From a virus, in the IMG/VR virus record IMGVR_UViG_3300005532_000006, positions 1 through 64,000 of that record: DNA of 64,000 nt; one strand, written 5' to 3'. A model generated the notes under the pieces. It searched no databases and was not told where the DNA came from. It saw only the letters and a program-made list of their open reading frames with translations. Shown here one piece after another: positions 36,278-45,078 of the stretch; position 1 is the first letter of the stretch, and each line of letters begins with the position of its first letter. A program made the translations under genes and the position numbers.

Positions 36278-36924
36278 TGGCAAAGAGCACAAAAGCGAAG
36301 GATGAGGCACCAAGCGCGATCGTCGTGATCGAACCGCCGAAGTTCCAGCGGGCCGTGATCCGGATCGTGGGCACGTCGCCCTACGTGCAGAATAAATTCA
36401 GCCAGAAGGCGCGCGAGCAGATGGAGGCGAAACAGCGCGCCGGATCGCAGGCGACAAAGGGCCGCAAACGCGAGCCCAAGGACTTCGACGCGGTCTACGA
36501 AGGGGCGCTGCACGTCAGCCGCGAGGGTTGGTACGGCATTCCGGCGCCCGCCTTCCGCAACGCGATGATCTCCGCGTGCCGGGTCGTTGGATTTCGCATG
36601 ACGCTCGCAAAGCTGAGCGTCTTCATTGAGGCCGATGGGTTCGACCGTGACGACGGTACTCCCCTGGTCAAGATCGAGGGTGCTCCAAGGCCCTTTCATA
36701 TGACTGCCCGTAACGAGACGGGTGTAGCGGACGTTCGGGTGCGGCCGATCTGGGATGACTGGTCCGCCAATGTGCGGGTACGCTGGGACGCGGATCAGTT
36801 CTCCGCGACAGACATCATGAACCTGCTGGCGCGCGCCGGCATGCAGGTCGGCGTTGGCGAAGGTCGGCCGGACAGCAGAAACAGCAACGGCCTCGGTTGG
36901 GGCCTTTGGGAGGTGGCAGGATGA
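36277..36924 (+). CDS. Solo RAMP/Cas7-like protein
   Basis: IRIVGTSPY (beta1), GIPAPAFRNAMISAC (IPxxxxK/R helix), RPIWDDWSANVRV, C-terminal G-rich loop AGMQVGVGEGRP...GLGWGLWEV. Confidence 0.7.
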   Translation: MAKSTKAKDEAPSAIVVIEPPKFQRAVIRIVGTSPYVQNKFSQKAREQMEAKQRAGSQATKGRKREPKDFDAVYEGALHVSREGWYGIPAPAFRNAMISACRVVGFRMTLAKLSVFIEADGFDRDDGTPLVKIEGAPRPFHMTARNETGVADVRVRPIWDDWSANVRVRWDADQFSATDIMNLLARAGMQVGVGEGRPDSRNSNGLGWGLWEVAG

Positions 36925-37388
36925 GAACCAAATCGACAGTCGCCGGGGAACTTCTGGCGCTCGCGTCGCAGATCAACACCGGCGACAAATTGCAGGCGCA
37001 ACAGGTAGTCGATTGGGCGCGCTCGCACCCGAAATCGGCGCTCTACGCTGCCCTGTGTCCGCTTGGCACCGACGGGAAGTGGGATCTTGTCAAGGCCGCC
37101 GAAGAATATTTGTTGCATCAGGCCCGGCGGCTCATTGCGGTCCACATTGTGGACGAAGCGGGAGCGCGCAAGGTCGTATCACTCAGCGTTGACCGCGTCT
37201 CTGGCGGCGGCTATCGGCGCGTCAAAGACGTGCTGATGGATGTGGAACTGACCGCCGTCATGCTCAAGGACGCGCTGGCAGAACTTCAGAGGGTGCGGCT
37301 GAAGTACGAGACGGTTCAGGCTCTCGCCGGTGTGTGGCGCGAACTGGACCGGGTCAAAGAGCAGTACCGCAACGAGGACGCTGCTTAG
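36921..37388 (+). CDS. Helical accessory protein coupled to the RAMP-like gene
   Basis: ATGA overlap; VVDWARSHPKSALY...AAEEYLLHQARRLI...ALAELQRVRLKY. Confidence 0.75.
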   Translation: MRTKSTVAGELLALASQINTGDKLQAQQVVDWARSHPKSALYAALCPLGTDGKWDLVKAAEEYLLHQARRLIAVHIVDEAGARKVVSLSVDRVSGGGYRRVKDVLMDVELTAVMLKDALAELQRVRLKYETVQALAGVWRELDRVKEQYRNEDAA

Positions 37389-37412
37389 GTTCAGGACAGT
37401 ATCATGAGTTCG

Positions 37413-37641
37413 GGCACGGATGGGCTAGGCGCAGCTGGGCAAGGCCAGGCCCGGCACCGCAGGCGTGGCAAGGCACAGCGAGGGATGGCGGGGCATGGCG
37501 AGGCTGGGTTGGGCAACGCAACACACGGCAGGCATGGCGACGTGTGGCTAGGCCAGGCGAGGCATCGCGGGTCACGGCTCGGCACCGCAGGCGAGGCAAC
37601 GGAACTGGCTTGGCGAGGCAGGGCAAACCATGGCAGGGCCA
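37413..37641 (+). repeat. 5-nt periodic GGC-NN array, probable non-coding RNA
   Basis: About 45 consecutive pentamers, most starting GGC (GGCAC GGATG GGCTA GGCGC AGCTG GGCAA GGCCA...), punctuated by CACCGCAGGC / CACGGCAGGC. Confidence 0.85.
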
Positions 37642-37666
37642 AGGGGGCGGCTTTCGGGCCGCCTCT
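37642..37666 (+). terminator. GC-rich hairpin closing the array
   Basis: AGGGGGCGGCT-TTCG-GGCCGCCTCT; weak U-tract. Confidence 0.6.
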
Positions 37667-37758
37667 CCGCGTTCTGTAGCATTCTATGGAACCGTAGTTG
37701 ACAGCCTCCGTTGGCGTATCATATTGATACAGCCAGCTAGGGCTGTTGGCGCGGATGA

Positions 37759-38106
37759 ATGGCCGATCCCATACCGTTCAAACGGCCCGTCAACTGGGCC
37801 AGGCTTCGCGCCGACCAAGCCGAAGCGATCGTCCGCGAGCGCGCCAAGACCGAGGTCAACGTCATCTTCGGCGATCATGCGTTCGACCGTATCGACGACC
37901 GCTCGATCCTCGCCGAAGACGCCTACTGGATTTTGCAGACTGGGTTTGTCGAGGGGCAGCCGGAGTATGTGGGCGAAGGCGAGTGGAAGGTCATCATGGT
38001 TCGCCGCATGCCCGGATGCCGCGAGGCGGGTGTCGTCACAATCATTGTCTCAAGCAACGATGAGGTCTTCGTAAAAACCGTGGAATGGATGGATTGGCTC
38101 AGATGA
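37759..38106 (+). CDS. DUF4258-like toxin (RelE-fold)
   Basis: VIFGDHAFDRIDDRSI...ILQTG...VFVKTV. Confidence 0.75.
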   Translation: MADPIPFKRPVNWARLRADQAEAIVRERAKTEVNVIFGDHAFDRIDDRSILAEDAYWILQTGFVEGQPEYVGEGEWKVIMVRRMPGCREAGVVTIIVSSNDEVFVKTVEWMDWLR

Positions 38107-38582
38107 CCGACCAGATGACCGAACTGCACCATTACACGAACTGCGGCCTGGACTATGTCTACCTGCGCAACGGCTTTGTGGTGCGAGAGACGCGCCATGG
38201 CCGCGGGATCGCGATCCACGACGCCGCAGCGCTGCACGAGGCCATCGCGCGCGTCGTGATTACGCGACCGCAGCGTTTGCGCGGCCAGGAAGTGCGCTTT
38301 CTGCGCTCGCTGCTCAAGCTTTCGCAGGATGGACTGGCTCGCATTCTGCGCACGAGGCGTGTTTCGGTGGCGCGTTGGGAAGCGCGGCCGAACCATCCCA
38401 TACCGGGCGCCGCCGACTCGGCCCTGCGCTTGTTCTACGCGTTGAAGCTCGAGAAGCACGGTCTTGCCCAGCAGATTTGCGAAATCCTGGCCGAGCTGGA
38501 CGATTTGGAGCATTCGTTGCATGTGATGAGCGACATCAGGCTGCGCGAAACCGAGCGCGGCTGGCAGCGAGAGGCAGCCTGA
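38103..38582 (+). CDS. MqsA/YgiT-like HTH antitoxin
   Basis: HYTNCGLDYVYLRNGF...EVRFLRSLLKLSQDGLARIL...VARWE. Confidence 0.82.
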   Translation: MTDQMTELHHYTNCGLDYVYLRNGFVVRETRHGRGIAIHDAAALHEAIARVVITRPQRLRGQEVRFLRSLLKLSQDGLARILRTRRVSVARWEARPNHPIPGAADSALRLFYALKLEKHGLAQQICEILAELDDLEHSLHVMSDIRLRETERGWQREAA

Positions 38583-38750
38583 CGGCACGGGAATCTGGTC
38601 TTCAGCTATCGAATAACCCTTTCTCGCCGGCCAGCTTCTTGAAGGCGTGAATGAAGGCGAGGCGCCGCGCCCGCGACATCGTCATCGCAACGTCGTACGC
38701 GATCCCGTTCTTTATCAGGCAGGCAACCTCATAGAGGGCTGCCTGCCGGG

Positions 38751-39212
38751 TCAGTTTTTTGCGATCGCCTCGTCGCTGTCGGCATTGTCGATCTGGCTCT
38801 CAAGGTGCTCCCGCACGGCGCGGACTCCAGAGCGATCCACCATCTGGAACATGCTGCGGAGTTGGACCCCGTTTCTCGGAAAGGGCACTTTGGCGCCGTC
38901 GATCTCGGCCACTCGCGCGGCCAGGACGAGCTGGACCATCCAGGATCCATTCTCAGTACGGGCACCCGCAAGTTCCAGCAGGTCCAATTCGTCGAGATAA
39001 GACAGCTCCCGCAGCCTCAGCCGTCGCCCCTTCTCGTCAATCAGCAGCCCGTCCGGCGTGATCTTAGGCCGCGGCGTCGGCGCTTCGGGCGCTACCGGCG
39101 CAACCGCAATCGGCTCCGGTTCCGGCGTTCCGCCGATCGGCTGCTGCACGACGGCGGGCGCCTCTGCGGCGGGGCCGGCATAGGCGATGGTCGGCCCGAT
39201 GGCGTCGGACAT
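38751..39212 (-). CDS. Tail assembly chaperone (gpG-like); -1 frameshift extends it to 38602
   Basis: Follows the tail tube gene; ends GCA AAA AAC TGA; -1 frame stays open for about 50 codons. Confidence 0.8.
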   Translation of the reverse strand: MSDAIGPTIAYAGPAAEAPAVVQQPIGGTPEPEPIAVAPVAPEAPTPRPKITPDGLLIDEKGRRLRLRELSYLDELDLLELAGARTENGSWMVQLVLAARVAEIDGAKVPFPRNGVQLRSMFQMVDRSGVRAVREHLESQIDNADSDEAIAKN

Positions 39213-39295
39213 GGTGGGTTCTCTTCTGTTGTGGAGGGGCGTTGTGCGCGGTCCTGCGCTCGGCGCAGACTGCTCGAAAGCTGGGGGAGGCGGCG

Positions 39296-39571
39296 ATGGC
39301 AGAGACACCGCAGCGCGGGTTATTCGCGCTCGGCTTCACCGTGATCGGCATGCAAGATTTCGCGGCCAAGCTGCTGCGGGCTGCGCTGAACGACGAGCCG
39401 CTTGACGAGGCCGCGCTGGCCGCGATCCAGGCGAGCTGCATCCGCGATTTGAAAGACGCGTATCCGGTTGGTCTGACGATCGAGGACGAGGCCGCAATCA
39501 TCGGGCAGGCGATCCAGAACCTCGAAGAGCACATGCGCCTCGCAATCCAGCGAGCGCGGCAACGGGACTGA
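39296..39571 (+). CDS. Small hypothetical protein
   Basis: SD GGAGG, helical composition, opposite strand. Confidence 0.55.
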   Translation: MAETPQRGLFALGFTVIGMQDFAAKLLRAALNDEPLDEAALAAIQASCIRDLKDAYPVGLTIEDEAAIIGQAIQNLEEHMRLAIQRARQRD

Positions 39572-39654
39572 GCGCAGGCTTCCGTCCAAGCCGATCACGC
39601 TCACCTGTCGGGCATCGACAATAAGCATCGCCTGATCCACCGAACGATGATCGC

Positions 39655-40101
39655 CTACGACAGCTGCGTCCGGGTCGATGCTCGGCCCTGGACCCGCATC
39701 TTGATCATGTCGTCGGCCTTCACGTCGCCGATGTCTTCGCAGGTCAACATGAGGCCGCTGAACAGGAAAACGTGCACCGCGCCAGTGTCGGCGTCGATGA
39801 TCGTCTCGGTGATCGTGCCGGCGTTGATCGCGCCGCCCTGGTAGTAGGTCGATTCCAGGTTGGCGAAGAACGTATCGACGCCGGCGTTCTGGCGGTCGAG
39901 TTCGAAGTCGAGTTCCCAGCCGGCGATGATCGGCACGAACTTCGGCGGCCCGTTGATCGGCCGCGACACGCGATGGTCGTAGAGGCCGCGGCGCCGGAAC
40001 GACTGCGTGATGTCGAGGCTGAGGAGCCCGGCGTCGGTGACGATGTTGAACGATACGTCGCGGCCGGTATTGACCTGGTTGATGCCACCAAGCTGCGCCA
40101 T
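39655..40101 (-). CDS. Tail tube protein
   Basis: 148 aa directly after the sheath; GWELDFELDR...GTITETI. Confidence 0.85.
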   Translation of the reverse strand: MAQLGGINQVNTGRDVSFNIVTDAGLLSLDITQSFRRRGLYDHRVSRPINGPPKFVPIIAGWELDFELDRQNAGVDTFFANLESTYYQGGAINAGTITETIIDADTGAVHVFLFSGLMLTCEDIGDVKADDMIKMRVQGRASTRTQLS

Positions 40102-40178
40102 GGCGGTGTGCTCCCGTCAAAAGAAAAGCGGCGCCGGTTGAGGCGCCGCCACGTGTGAAGAGGGAAAAGGGGAGCGGG

Positions 40179-42083
40179 CTAGCTCCGGGCGAAGGCCGGC
40201 GGCGTCTGCGAGACGTTGACCTGGACGGTCTGGCCGCCCATCAGGTTGACGACGAACCAGCGGATGACCGCGAGATACTGGACCCGCACCGCGGCGATTT
40301 CGTAGCCGAGCGCGGCCATGTTCGGCGGCGTCGTGGTGTCGTCGATCTCCACCGACCAGGGCGGCACGCCGATGCCGTTGGCGCTGTCGGCGTTGCCGAT
40401 CATGCCCTCCTGCCACATGTCGTTGAAGAAGTCGTCCATGACGGCCTTCGCCGCCTTGCGCTGGTCCGGCGTCTGCAGCAGGCCGATGTTCTTGCCCGCC
40501 CACAGCCCGATCGAGCGGGCGATGAAGTCCGTCATCATCGCGTAGTTGTCGCCGTTGATCGCGGCGTTCGACGACGTGTTGATGCCGTTGTTGGCGGCCC
40601 AGTACTGGCCGCCCGGCGGGTTGTTGCAGATGAGGTCGAGCCGGTAGGAGTAGAGCGCGTCCTTGTCGGCGTCCGACCAGACGCCGCCGGTCAGCGTCTT
40701 CTGCGACCCGATGATGCCGTTGATGATCTTGTTCAGGGTCGAGTTCTGTGGCGCCTGCTGAGCCCGCATCGCGGCCATGAACGTAGCCGGGGCCAGGACC
40801 CGCTCCGTCTGGTTCGTCGTGTCGTACCAGTAGAGCCAGTCGCCGAAAGTGACGCGCAGCGCATAGTTGTCGACGCCGGCCGTCGCCAGTTCGGTGGCGG
40901 CGTTGGTCAAGGTATCGGCGCTCGGGGTCGAAGTCTCGACGAGGATGCCCTCGGACTGGCCGAACGCGGCGAAATTGGTCCAGTAGGTCGAGACCGAGGC
41001 GTCCACCGGGCAGGCGATGCCGACGCCCTGCGCGCGCAGCGCGTAGAGCCCCTTGCGCGGCACCACATCGACGCCGAGGAGCGTCGCGTCGGTGATGCCG
41101 GACCAGCCGTCGGTGCCGCCCGTCATCGGGACGGTCGTGGCGGCGTTCGGGGCGGCGGCGGCGCCCGTTCCGGCGGAGGCGACGCACAATTGCGACGGGC
41201 CGCGCAGCGCCGAGTTGCCGTTGTTGACGGCATTGGCGATGTTCGCCCACAGAAGGTTGCCGGTGCCGGTGAGGTTGTCGAACTTCTCGGCGACGAAGCC
41301 GGGCCGCGCCAGGACCAGCGCGGTCGAGCCGGCGAGGGTGCCCGGCTGCAATGAGGCGAGCAGGCCGTTGCCGACGGTGCCGGTGTAGAGCGCCGTCAGG
41401 GTGAGCTTCACGGTCGCCGCGGTCGAGGTGCCGGCGGTGAAGGTCGTCGTCGGGCTGGAGCCGCCGACCGAGGGCGTGATCGAGGTCCATCCCGTGCCCG
41501 GAGCGGTGCCGCCGGGGCAGTAGACCGAGATGACCGCGCCGGCGACCGAGAAGGCGAAACCCGCGGCTTGCAGCTGCGTATTGGCGCTGAGCAGCGCCGC
41601 CAGCGAGGCGGCCACCGCCGAGGCCGTAGGCGGACCCGCGGGGACGGTGTAGCTGACGACGATCGGCGAACCGGCGGTCGGAGTGAAGGTCAGGGTCGGG
41701 ATGTCGCCGGCCTTGACGGTGCCGGCGATCGTCTCGGTCGCGAAGGTCTCGCTCGTCGAGTACGTGCCGGTCGCCGCCGTGTCGGTGCCGTCGCTGACGC
41801 GCACGTTCTTGAAGCTCGACACGTAGTTCTCGACCGCGACCGCGACCGCGCTGGAGAGGTCGAACTTGCGGTTGGTGACCGGTCCGAACGTGGCGACCTG
41901 CTCGTCGTTGCCGCCCACCACCATCGGGATGTTGACCGGACCCCATGAGGCGGCGCCGATGTAGCCGAGGATGTTGACCGGAACCCCGGTGACCGGCGGC
42001 GTCGGGGTTTGAATCTGAACCACCGCCTTCGGTGCGCCGAGCGCGAGGACGTTGGTGGTGCCGGCTTGCACGATCTGCGTCAT
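40179..42083 (-). CDS. Tail sheath protein
   Basis: IGAASWGPVN, TALYTGTVGNGL, MTGGTDG; 634 aa. Confidence 0.93.
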   Translation of the reverse strand: MTQIVQAGTTNVLALGAPKAVVQIQTPTPPVTGVPVNILGYIGAASWGPVNIPMVVGGNDEQVATFGPVTNRKFDLSSAVAVAVENYVSSFKNVRVSDGTDTAATGTYSTSETFATETIAGTVKAGDIPTLTFTPTAGSPIVVSYTVPAGPPTASAVAASLAALLSANTQLQAAGFAFSVAGAVISVYCPGGTAPGTGWTSITPSVGGSSPTTTFTAGTSTAATVKLTLTALYTGTVGNGLLASLQPGTLAGSTALVLARPGFVAEKFDNLTGTGNLLWANIANAVNNGNSALRGPSQLCVASAGTGAAAAPNAATTVPMTGGTDGWSGITDATLLGVDVVPRKGLYALRAQGVGIACPVDASVSTYWTNFAAFGQSEGILVETSTPSADTLTNAATELATAGVDNYALRVTFGDWLYWYDTTNQTERVLAPATFMAAMRAQQAPQNSTLNKIINGIIGSQKTLTGGVWSDADKDALYSYRLDLICNNPPGGQYWAANNGINTSSNAAINGDNYAMMTDFIARSIGLWAGKNIGLLQTPDQRKAAKAVMDDFFNDMWQEGMIGNADSANGIGVPPWSVEIDDTTTPPNMAALGYEIAAVRVQYLAVIRWFVVNLMGGQTVQVNVSQTPPAFARS

Positions 42084-42158
42084 CGGGCGAGTTCCTTCAA
42101 AGGGACGGCGGCGCTATCCAGCGGCGCGCGGCGCTTGCCCAAGGCGCTTTCCGGGCAA

Positions 42159-42180
42159 CAAAAAGCCCCCTCGCGGGGGC
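42159..42180 (-). terminator. Intrinsic terminator
   Basis: GCCCCC-GCGA-GGGGGC followed by TTTTTG on the minus strand. Confidence 0.65.
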
Positions 42181-42207
42181 GCGGTTCACGTGGTGGAGGG
42201 TGCGGTT

Positions 42208-42546
42208 CTACGCCGGTTCGGCGGCTCCCTCAGGAGCGCTATCGCGGCGGCGAGATGGTGCCGCCGGCGTCGCATGGGGCGCAGCAGCGATGGCGCGCGC
42301 GAGCCGCACAGGGTGGCCCTCCGGCAGCGCCGCGAGCGCGGGATGGCCGTCTGACAGATGCGGCAGTACCGCATCGTGGTCGTCGGGCAACTGCATGTTG
42401 TGGCCGTGCGCCGCGTGCTCGCTGTCGCGGATGTCGGCGAGCCGCTCCGGGTGCGCGACGATGTCGCCCTTCTTGTACTCGACAAGCTCCCCGGTGATGG
42501 GGCACTTGCGCGAGAACGGCACGCGCACGATGAACGAATTCGTCAT
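42208..42546 (-). CDS. Hypothetical protein
   Basis: In operon; SD GAGGAG. Confidence 0.55.
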   Translation of the reverse strand: MTNSFIVRVPFSRKCPITGELVEYKKGDIVAHPERLADIRDSEHAAHGHNMQLPDDHDAVLPHLSDGHPALAALPEGHPVRLARAIAAAPHATPAAPSRRRDSAPEGAAEPA

Positions 42547-42563
42547 GGAGAGCTTCTCCTCAG

Positions 42564-42899
42564 TTACGCCGCCACCCGGCAAGGGATGTGCGAGTAGGCC
42601 GACAGGACGCGGGGCGGTGTGTCGGTGGTCGTGACCGTCACCCGGAACAGGTAGATCACCCCGTCAAGGCAGTTGCCGACATCCTGGCTGACCGTCGTGA
42701 TGCCGTTGGCTGTGGCGTGGTTCGCGCTGCCGATCAGACGCGAGGCCGGCGCGTTGTCGGTCGCGGTGCCGAACGGCGTGGCCAGAAGCTCGACATCGAC
42801 CGAGGCGATCGTCGAGACGCCGAGCATTGCGGTTACGTCGAAGGTGAAGGTATCGACGTCGCCCGGCTCGATCGGAGAGAAGTCGTTGCCGACAAACAT
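42564..42899 (-). CDS. Phage fibre-tail adaptor-like protein
   Basis: FSPIEPGDVDTFTFD...Y.FRVTVTT. Confidence 0.6.
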   Translation of the reverse strand: MFVGNDFSPIEPGDVDTFTFDVTAMLGVSTIASVDVELLATPFGTATDNAPASRLIGSANHATANGITTVSQDVGNCLDGVIYLFRVTVTTTDTPPRVLSAYSHIPCRVAA

Positions 42900-42913
42900 G
42901 CGCGGCCCCTCCT

Positions 42914-43150
42914 CTACTGCGCGAGCAGTCCGCCGATAGCGCCGCCGACGGCGAGGCCGCCGGTCACGATGTTGCCGCTGAACAGCCCGGAACCGCTGAT
43001 CACGGTCGTCCCTTGCGGCTGCGCCACCTGGCAGAACGACAGGCCGCCGTCGTGGCACTTCGCCATGACCTCTCCGGTAACCGGGTCTTTGACGGTGTAG
43101 GTGCAGCCGGCGAGGGCGAGGAAGCCCGCGAGAGCAAGAGCGTGTTGCAA
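42914..43150 (-). CDS. Small lipoprotein
   Basis: FLALAGC lipobox. Confidence 0.6.
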   Translation of the reverse strand: MQHALALAGFLALAGCTYTVKDPVTGEVMAKCHDGGLSFCQVAQPQGTTVISGSGLFSGNIVTGGLAVGGAIGGLLAQ

Positions 43151-43241
43151 GTTGCCTCCCGCTACCGCGGCGCACCCAGCAGCCAGAACAGGATCAGCCC
43201 TTCGACGACGGCGCTGAAGACGCCCGCGGCAAAGCCGGCCA

Positions 43242-45071
43242 TCACGCCGTCGATGAACTTGCGCATCGGACCGCCCGTGTTGGGCCGGGCGCGACGACGC
43301 GCCGGCCGCTTGCTGGCACGGCCACCGTTCGGCCTGCTCCGATCGCCTTCAGGGTCCGGTTGGCATTCGCCTGAACCGCCGAGGCGAGGACGCCGAGAAT
43401 GCCGGCGATGCCCATCGCCGCGACGCCGGTCAGCGGCACAGCATTGGTCGGCACCTGCACGGTGATCGTGCCAGCCGCGCCGAAAGCCGCTTCGCGTACC
43501 AGCGAGGCGACGACGCTGTCGATGATCGACGAAACCGACGCCGTAGCACTCGCCGAGCCGAGTGACCCATTCCACGAGGCCGAGGCTGCCCCCGCGGTGC
43601 CCATAGCCGCGGTTCCAGCGATAGGAATCTGTTCTGCCCTTGCCACTCCCCCGGCAGCGCCAGACGCGCTTACAGAGCCTCCTACGGCCTCTGGCGAGCC
43701 TTCTACCGATCCGGCTCCCGTCGCAGCGGTCGCTGCCGGCAGGGTGAAGGCGTTCGCGAAGCCGAGGGTTCCCGCTGCCGTCGAGACGCTCGCGCCGGTC
43801 AGATCTACTGACGCCGAGCCGCCGGCATCCACATTCAGAACGCCAACGGCGGCCGAAGCCGTGGCCGCCGGGAGCGTGACAGACTCGGCAGGACCGAATA
43901 TTCCGCTCGCGCCCAATCCGGTTGCGCCCGATAAGCTATTGCTTGCCGCATCGGAGAGCGAACCCACCGCACCCGCCCCGGATTGTCCGGCCAGAGCATT
44001 GGCGGCAGATTCGCTCAGCGTACCTGCCGCGCCCGACCCGGCAACGGCTGAGAGGCTGTGCTGGTCGGCGTCGGCGATGGCCCCAAATGCCCCGGAACCC
44101 GCGGCGCTATTGAGTGCTACGGACCCGGCCGTTACGACCGACCCGGCGGCACTGGACCCGCTCGCGCCCGCGAAGCTGGCGATCTCGGAGAGGCTAAGAG
44201 GTTGCGCCGCGGCCGACGCCGACACGGTACCAAGATTGATCAAGACCGACGGGACGAGGCCGCCTACCGCACCTGCCGCCGCTACCCCGGTCAGCGGAAA
44301 GCTGATAAGCGAGGGTGCCGCAGCACCTAAGATCGACGAAACAACGTCGTCCGGGAATATCAGAAACCGGGTCGGGTCCCGCGAGAGTTCTTGCGCGGCC
44401 GAGGCCGGGATAGCAACATTGTAGAGAGCGGCAAGCGCCATGGCGTAATCGCCGTCGCCAGCCGACGAGCCGCCGATGTACATCGTGCCGGCGGTATAGG
44501 CGATCGTTCCCGCGACCGCTGTGCCGCTCGATACGGGCGCGCCCTTGTTGTACCAGTTGACCGCGCCGCCCATCGTCAGGGTGACGACCATCGAGACCAC
44601 ATCGCCGTTCGACGGATTCGGTCCGGAAGTAAAGGCTTCGAATGCCGAACCGTTGTTGTATCCCAGCTGAATATCCGGGGTGCCATCGTAGATGGTCAAC
44701 GCGGTAAAGGGAGACGCGTTGGTCGGGTTCGGGTCGAGGCCGAAGATGCGAAAATTGCTGAAGCTCCGGGCCAGGATGCGGCCAGAGTACAGCAGTGTTC
44801 CCTGCGTCGTGACCTGCCACGTCGGCAGGGCGGCCAGAGACCAGTAACCCGTTCCGGCGCTGTTGGCTTCGACGCCCTCCGGCCCGAGGCTCCGGGATAC
44901 GGTTCCTGTTGGCGTCAGGTAGACGCCGGACACAAGATCGATAATCTTGTTCCCGACCGGGAAGAAGCACGCAACCAGCCCCTTCGTAAGCGGGTTGCTC
45001 CAGTCGATCTTCGGGACCCCAGGCCGCATCCCTCCGGCGCGGCGCGATTTGAGGGCCAGCGGCGCGAACAT
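43242..45071 (-). CDS. LamG/ConA-like domain plus Ala/Gly/Ser-rich fibre protein
   Basis: IDWSNPLTKGLVACF...ALYNVAI..LSRDP followed by low-complexity repeats. Confidence 0.7.
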   Translation of the reverse strand: MFAPLALKSRRAGGMRPGVPKIDWSNPLTKGLVACFFPVGNKIIDLVSGVYLTPTGTVSRSLGPEGVEANSAGTGYWSLAALPTWQVTTQGTLLYSGRILARSFSNFRIFGLDPNPTNASPFTALTIYDGTPDIQLGYNNGSAFEAFTSGPNPSNGDVVSMVVTLTMGGAVNWYNKGAPVSSGTAVAGTIAYTAGTMYIGGSSAGDGDYAMALAALYNVAIPASAAQELSRDPTRFLIFPDDVVSSILGAAAPSLISFPLTGVAAAGAVGGLVPSVLINLGTVSASAAAQPLSLSEIASFAGASGSSAAGSVVTAGSVALNSAAGSGAFGAIADADQHSLSAVAGSGAAGTLSESAANALAGQSGAGAVGSLSDAASNSLSGATGLGASGIFGPAESVTLPAATASAAVGVLNVDAGGSASVDLTGASVSTAAGTLGFANAFTLPAATAATGAGSVEGSPEAVGGSVSASGAAGGVARAEQIPIAGTAAMGTAGAASASWNGSLGSASATASVSSIIDSVVASLVREAAFGAAGTITVQVPTNAVPLTGVAAMGIAGILGVLASAVQANANRTLKAIGAGRTVAVPASGRRVVAPGPTRAVRCASSSTA

Positions 45072-45078
45072 CGCTGGC

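Noticed and set aside
37413-37641. CRISPR array call
   Set aside because: No 23-47 nt direct repeats with unique spacers, and no adaptation genes seen
37391-37679. ORFs over the periodic tract (37404..37679 +, 37391..37642 -, 37402..37626 -, 37334..38074 +)
   Set aside because: Low-complexity ARQG/PCLA translations are expected by-products of a stop-poor 5-nt repeat; period 5 does not fit codon structure
38071-38097. Possible self-target: unit 2 NN string (GT AA AC GA AT GG AT GA TG) versus GTaAAaACcGTgGAaTGgATgGAtTG at the end of the DUF4258 gene, with one base skipped per pair
   Set aside because: 14 of 18 positions match, but this was found by eye with free choice of unit, gap and ends; a rough estimate puts such a match within chance for 128 kb of searchable sequence
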